Positions 28,009 to 32,836 of a stretch of 32,836 nucleotides of DNA are shown piece after piece. The stretch is from Fidelibacterota bacterium. GTDB taxonomy: Bacteria; Fidelibacterota; Marinisomatia; Marinisomatales; TCS55. Location: assembly GCA_046861385.1 (NCBI GenBank), contig JBHHTW010000025.1, positions 1 to 32,836 of the forward strand, read 5' to 3'. The position numbers were made by a program, and so were the translations under genes. The notes under the pieces are model-generated. The model made no database searches and was not told the origin of the DNA. It saw nothing but the letters and a program-made list of their open reading frames with translations. Every line of letters starts with the position of its first letter. Within the stretch, counting starts at the first letter, position 1.

Positions 28009-29450
28009 TGTTCCCTATCCATTAAACTGACAACAATCACTGCGATAAAAGCAAACACAAAACTCGTGAGTCTTTCGGTCATTAATACCTGTAAAGAATC
28101 AATATTGACCCATATAATGGTTGTTATAGCACCGGTTATTAAACCAGCAATAATTCCTTTACGCGTTGTCCTTTTCCACCATAGCATCAGGACGAGGGCC
28201 GGACCAAATGACGCACCAAGTCCACTCCAAGCGTAAGATACCATTTCGAATACTAAATCCTCAGTTCGCCAAGCCATAATGAATGCTAAAATACCGATTA
28301 ACACCGTTAATATTCTGCTCAATTTTAGATAATCAGTATTCGGTTTCTTAAGTGTTTTGCTTACTAAATCTTCAGTCAGAATAGTGGTACTGACTAATAA
28401 TTGTGAATCGGCTGTTGACATCATGGCCGCAATGGCTCCGCTGATAAAAATCCCTGCTAACCATGCAGGAAGTAAATACGTTGCTAAAATGGGCATTAAT
28501 TTTTCCGGATCAGGCAACATTGATACAGATTGGATCATCTTTCCTTCGAATGATAATACGCCAGCATTCACAATATGTAAGCCAATTAGTCCAATAAACA
28601 TGGAACCAAAAAATGCAGGGATAGCCCATGCAAAAGCAATTTTTCGACTTAACCCAATATGGGTGGATGAATCAATTGCCATATACCTTACTACTAAATG
28701 GGGTTGTCCCAAATAACCCAATCCCCAACTTAAGCCTCCGATAGCTGCCGCAATTGCTCCCCATCCAATCTTACCCCCGTAAAGAGTTTGAGTATCCCAT
28801 ATTACTCCACTGGCACCTAACGTCTTCATCTCAAAAAATGCAACAATCGGCAAGATTACCAATGTCCCAAACATTATCACTCCCTGAATGACATCTGTCC
28901 AGGCGACTGCGAGAAACCCGCCCATCATTGTATAAATTATAATGATGAAAGCCCCAATAATCATACCCTGCATTTCGGACAACCCAAATGTAACATTTAA
29001 TACTTTTCCAGCACCGGAAAATTGAGCAGCTACATAAAATGTAAAGAAAAAAATAATGATAACAGCAGACAATATCCGAATTGTTCCTTTTTTGTCATTA
29101 AATCTCCGTTCTAAAAGTTCCGGTAATGTGAGCGCATTATATTTTTCAGTTATGTCCCTCAAAGGTTTTGCAATAATCAGCCAAGAAAAAATTATACCCG
29201 AAACACATCCAACTACAGTCCATAATTCCAATAATCCGGCTACCAGAGCAGCTCCAGGTAAACCGAGAATAAGCCATGCAGATTCTCCGGATGCCCTTTC
29301 TGACAGAGCAATCACCCAAGGACCCAAACGTTGACCACCTAAAGCATAATCTTTGATATCTTTCAAAATGCGAACGGTATAAAAACCGACACCAAGAATA
29401 ATGAGTAAATACAGAACAAATGCTAAAGCAATCGTATTCATTTTATCCAA
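28005..29450 (-). CDS. putP: Sodium:solute symporter, PutP-like (Na+/proline)
   Basis: SGESAWLILGLPG, GGFLAVAWTD, GLGYLGQPH..RYMA, AAMMSTADSQLL, YAWSGLGASFGP. Start at 29450 (TTG) or 29441 (ATG). Substrate not proven. Confidence 0.85.
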   Translation of the reverse strand: MDKMNTIALAFVLYLLIILGVGFYTVRILKDIKDYALGGQRLGPWVIALSERASGESAWLILGLPGAALVAGLLELWTVVGCVSGIIFSWLIIAKPLRDITEKYNALTLPELLERRFNDKKGTIRILSAVIIIFFFTFYVAAQFSGAGKVLNVTFGLSEMQGMIIGAFIIIIYTMMGGFLAVAWTDVIQGVIMFGTLVILPIVAFFEMKTLGASGVIWDTQTLYGGKIGWGAIAAAIGGLSWGLGYLGQPHLVVRYMAIDSSTHIGLSRKIAFAWAIPAFFGSMFIGLIGLHIVNAGVLSFEGKMIQSVSMLPDPEKLMPILATYLLPAWLAGIFISGAIAAMMSTADSQLLVSTTILTEDLVSKTLKKPNTDYLKLSRILTVLIGILAFIMAWRTEDLVFEMVSYAWSGLGASFGPALVLMLWWKRTTRKGIIAGLITGAITTIIWVNIDSLQVLMTERLTSFVFAFIAVIVVSLMDREQ

Positions 29451-30210
29451 TTAATACCGTTATCAGCCCAATGAAAATGCAATAAACCCCAAACCAATGA
29501 AATTTTCCTTTTGAAATTAATCTCAGTAGCCAGCGAAGAGATGCCCATCCCACAAGAAATGAACTGACAAATGCTGATAAAATTACCGAGTAGGATAATT
29601 CCGGTATTGCTGTAGATTCTATATCCAGCGCGGATAATAGGCCCGCTCCGGCAATAGCCGGTACTGCCAGTAAAAAGGAAAATTTGGCTGCAGTTTGGGG
29701 TGAAATGCCCAGGAACATCGCCATTCCAATAGTTGTACCCGATCTTGAAATTCCAGGAATGATTGCCACAGCCTGAATACAACCGATTAACAGCCCACTC
29801 TTAATGTTGAGTTGACGATTTTTGTTTTCAGCTAATTTTGTCATTATCAACCATGCGCCTGTCAATATCAAGCTAAATGAAACGGTTGAAATATTATCGA
29901 AAATTGAACGTATGTTTTCTTTAAAAACTAATCCTACTATGACAGCCGGAATCGTCCCAATAATAATTGCACTAATTAATTTTCTATTTTTTTTCAAAGA
30001 AATATTGAAGATCAATTCCAATATTTCATTTTTAAATACCAGTAAAACACTGCAAAGAGTTCCTAAGTGAACAATCACTTCGAAAATATTCCCCGGTAAT
30101 GACAAGCCCAGTATATGCTGCCCAATAACTAAATGGCCGGAACTACTGATCGGTAGGAATTCTGTCAGTCCTTGTAAAGTTCCCAGTATAAGTGCATCTA
30201 ATATATTCAT
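29443..30210 (-). CDS. uppP: Undecaprenyl-diphosphate phosphatase
   Basis: QGLTEFLPISSSGHL and PGISRSGTT motifs. Confidence 0.96.
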   Translation of the reverse strand: MNILDALILGTLQGLTEFLPISSSGHLVIGQHILGLSLPGNIFEVIVHLGTLCSVLLVFKNEILELIFNISLKKNRKLISAIIIGTIPAVIVGLVFKENIRSIFDNISTVSFSLILTGAWLIMTKLAENKNRQLNIKSGLLIGCIQAVAIIPGISRSGTTIGMAMFLGISPQTAAKFSFLLAVPAIAGAGLLSALDIESTAIPELSYSVILSAFVSSFLVGWASLRWLLRLISKGKFHWFGVYCIFIGLITVLIG

Positions 30211-30252
30211 ATTCAGTTTGGAATTTAGAAGGAACAGATTGGAATAAAAAGA

Positions 30253-30945
30253 CTACACCCAACCACAGAGGGCAATCATTCGTCCTGCCAGTTTTCCGTT
30301 CCTTCTGTACGAGTGAAACAACTCCGGATGGCAGCATGTGCATTTTGATTGTAAATTGATTTGATTCTTTTTTAATCCAAGTTGTTCCAATTCAGATTGA
30401 ATAACACCCGATAAATCCAAAAAGGACCGATCATTCTTTCCTTTTGTTAAATATCGGGTCGGAAATTTCACTGCAACTTCGGGACCTATTTCAAAACAAC
30501 ATTGTTGGATCGATGGACCGATAAGAGCTGTAATATCGTGAACATGACTTCCAATCCTCTCCATTTCCCAAATTGTGTTCGTAACAATCTTTTTTGCAGT
30601 TCCCCTCCAACCGGAATGAACAAGAGCACAAATATTTTTGTTATTATCCAATAAATACAGCGGAATACAGTCAGCAACCTGAATGGATAAAACAATTTTT
30701 TTATCGTTTGAAACAAGGGCGTCAGCACAATCAACATCATTTTCTTCGCTGCAGTTATAAACTCGGTTACCATGAACTTGAGTAGGAATCAATAGGTTTG
30801 ATGGGTCAAGTGACAACTCCTCTGATAATCGAATCCGATCTTCAGGGTTGGAAAAGGGGAATGACCGTGTCGTAAAACCAGCTACAAAACCATTGGATTT
30901 AAAATAATGACTAAAGTCAATAAATGAATCTTTTGGAATCGACAA
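30253..30945 (-). CDS. pgeF: YfiH/PgeF family protein (peptidoglycan editing factor / purine nucleoside phosphorylase-like)
   Basis: QVHG, VADCIP, HSGWRG, IGPSI..CCFEIG, FHSYRR. TTG at 30945 is preferred to 31002. Confidence 0.92.
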   Translation of the reverse strand: MSIPKDSFIDFSHYFKSNGFVAGFTTRSFPFSNPEDRIRLSEELSLDPSNLLIPTQVHGNRVYNCSEENDVDCADALVSNDKKIVLSIQVADCIPLYLLDNNKNICALVHSGWRGTAKKIVTNTIWEMERIGSHVHDITALIGPSIQQCCFEIGPEVAVKFPTRYLTKGKNDRSFLDLSGVIQSELEQLGLKKNQINLQSKCTCCHPELFHSYRRNGKLAGRMIALCGWV

Positions 30946-30949
30946 TGAA

Positions 30950-32785
30950 TTAGGGTCTTTGCTGGTTGTAAAGATGGGCAGAATCCCCGATAAATATACC
31001 AATCGGTGAAAAGGTGTTATTCTTGATTTTCAAAATATGCATCGATTGGTTGGCGTGGTCTTCGGGAGAAAAAGAAATATTATGAGCCAGACCCTGATAA
31101 TTTTCTTGCTCTAACTTTTGAAGAAACTCTGATTTATTTGATACTCGGGATTTCAATATTGAAAATAAGAATCCTCCCATATCAAATCCCAAAGTATAAT
31201 CTTCGTTTTCATTTTGATCTTGTCGGGGATTTTTTGTGTGAGTTAAAATAGTCATATTTTCGAGATGAGGACCAATATTATCCTGAATCAGAATATCCGG
31301 TTGGTTCCAGGCATAATTTCCTACGAAACTCGTATTGAGATTATACAGCGGCAATTGTGTTCCAATATAGTTCAAATCGCTTGGATGAATTGGCATATAT
31401 AATGCCTGAATTTTATCCAGTATTACCTTAGAGGAGTCTTCGATAACTTCGCTTACATCTTCATCTGCTAATCCAAAATAATCATCATCAGTCACTTCAA
31501 AAAGCGCATCCAAACTATCAAATGACATTCCCAAAAATTCATCGTACGGATTCTCCAGTGGAATCATATTTATTGCAATTTTGCGAAATGACTGAAATTG
31601 CTTTTCCAAATTTTCAGGCTTCCCGGTATATCTTTCAACTGCGACAACTTTACGATCTAAAGCATCCATCTCAATTAAAAAGGCATCCACTATCATGTCG
31701 CCGTAAGAGTCATTTGGCGCCAATATAGCAACACTGTCCTTATCAAGATATTCACCAATCCAACGAGCGGCGTTTCGCCCAAGTCTCATCCAATCTGATT
31801 GAATCTGAAATATATTTTCTCCAATATCTGAATAGTTAATTTCATTATCACCCACCACAAATACTGGTGTAGAATATTGTTTAATAACATTCACAGCTGC
31901 CAATGCATTGGTCTTATCAAGAGCAGTAATAATACCATATAGCTGACGGTTTTTCTGTAATCGGGTCATGGCTTCAATTGTTTTTATGGGATCACTTTGG
32001 CTGTCTTCAACTTGAAAAGCGATTTTGATTGTTTGGTCCGGTTGGTTTGCAGATTGGTTTAATCCACGGAAAAAGGATGTTCCACTATTTGAATTATTTC
32101 CCGATAAAGGTAATAATACTCCGAATGTAATAGTTTCAATTCCCGGTTGATAGGAAGCTAATTTTAGTTGCTCATATAAATCATAATATGTTTCCGGTAC
32201 ATCCAGTGGATTTATGTCGTTTAGCAAATAGGCGCACTCATCCGGTTGGCCTCTGTGCAAATAGTTATATGATTTCGCTAATAACAAAATAACTTCATTC
32301 TCTCCACTAAGGAGTAAATGCTGTTCTTCGATTGCCGGTGGAGAAATATTTAACAAAATTGTTTTATTTATTCGATGGTCAATTCTGGAATAATTATTGT
32401 CTTTTAGTTGACGGGAACGAAGATACATTCTAAAAGCAACATCAATATCTCCTTCCTCAATAAAGATATCCCCCATAATCATAAACGATTCAGATAATAA
32501 AGTATTATTTTTCACCAATAATCTTCCTCGTTCTTTTGCTTCTTTTAATCGACCAAGAGCAAAATCTGTCTTCATTGCGATTAGTTGAATCGGAAAAAAA
32601 TAATCTCCTGTCGGTTTCGTAAGTAATTTTTTTAATGTATGATCGGTTTTTACAAATTGTCCCGCATCGTAATACTCAAGGGCTTTTTCAAATTGATCAG
32701 AAATAATCCTTTGTTGGAGCCAGTTTTGACTGAAAACAATTTCGTTCAGTGAAAACAGTAAAAATATGGTTGTGAAAATTCTCAT
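30950..32785 (-). CDS. Exported TPR plus type-I periplasmic-binding-fold protein (LpoA/LppC-like)
   Basis: Signal peptide; helical TPR-like N-half; FGVLLPLSG, EDSQSDP, VAILAPNDSYG, ALYMP and GFD motifs. Confidence 0.7.
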   Translation of the reverse strand: MRIFTTIFLLFSLNEIVFSQNWLQQRIISDQFEKALEYYDAGQFVKTDHTLKKLLTKPTGDYFFPIQLIAMKTDFALGRLKEAKERGRLLVKNNTLLSESFMIMGDIFIEEGDIDVAFRMYLRSRQLKDNNYSRIDHRINKTILLNISPPAIEEQHLLLSGENEVILLLAKSYNYLHRGQPDECAYLLNDINPLDVPETYYDLYEQLKLASYQPGIETITFGVLLPLSGNNSNSGTSFFRGLNQSANQPDQTIKIAFQVEDSQSDPIKTIEAMTRLQKNRQLYGIITALDKTNALAAVNVIKQYSTPVFVVGDNEINYSDIGENIFQIQSDWMRLGRNAARWIGEYLDKDSVAILAPNDSYGDMIVDAFLIEMDALDRKVVAVERYTGKPENLEKQFQSFRKIAINMIPLENPYDEFLGMSFDSLDALFEVTDDDYFGLADEDVSEVIEDSSKVILDKIQALYMPIHPSDLNYIGTQLPLYNLNTSFVGNYAWNQPDILIQDNIGPHLENMTILTHTKNPRQDQNENEDYTLGFDMGGFLFSILKSRVSNKSEFLQKLEQENYQGLAHNISFSPEDHANQSMHILKIKNNTFSPIGIFIGDSAHLYNQQRP

Positions 32786-32795
32786 TGTATTTGAA

Positions 32796-32836
32796 TTATA
32801 TAAAGGAATTAAGCTCCATTTGTTCCTGCGAATTGT
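32796..32836 (-). CDS. Probable 3' end of an upstream gene (product unknown)
   Basis: Open frame from the window end (...NSQEQMELNSFI*) stopping 10 nt before the next ATG. Another frame stopping near 32809 is also possible. Confidence 0.3.
   Translation of the reverse strand, partial: NSQEQMELNSFI

Noticed and set aside
28357-30070. Several 80-120 aa ORFs over putP and uppP (plus strand and alternative minus frame)
   Set aside because: Nested in well-supported genes with no recognisable motifs.
32796-32836. QMEL as a possible beta-clamp-binding motif at the end of the upstream gene
   Set aside because: Only 12 codons are visible and the frame is ambiguous.
1-32836. CRISPR arrays, tRNA/rRNA, IS/integrase, RT/DGR or defence genes
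   Set aside because: No regularly spaced repeats or diagnostic motifs seen by eye, and nearly all sequence is explained by CDSs. Subtle dispersed repeats would need a dot-plot to exclude.

Overview
Bacterial chromosomal segment, AT-rich and gene-dense. The gene content (LPS-type GT9, BatA/vWA protein, kinase-less PASTA protein, TPR lipoprotein, YfhO) suggests a diderm FCB-group organism, possibly Marinimicrobia; this is inference only. Almost all genes lie on the minus strand, many with overlapping stop/start codons. In transcription order: LpoA/LppC-like protein, pgeF, uppP, putP-like symporter, holA, ECF sigma, anti-sigma, GAF-GGDEF cyclase, TPR lipoprotein, LolB-like lipoprotein, GT2 (polyprenyl-P type), GT9, GT4, GT2, then a variable AT-rich block, then flippase, YfhO-like GT-C, orphan histidine kinase, yajC, def, fmt, rsmB, PASTA protein, dolichol/phytol kinase-like protein, BatA-vWA protein and hflX (runs off the window start and is missing from the ORF track). 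The variable block (~12.96-17.92 kb) holds three intact sulfotransferases (two on the plus strand), a truncated sulfotransferase, a methyltransferase remnant and a CDP-alcohol phosphotransferase with His replacing the fourth conserved Asp. The best candidate for an undescribed system is this surface-glycan locus, which combines lipid-carrier (GT2/flippase/YfhO) glycosylation with sulfation and phospho-substitution. I saw no CRISPR array, rRNA/tRNA, transposase, integrase or reverse transcriptase.
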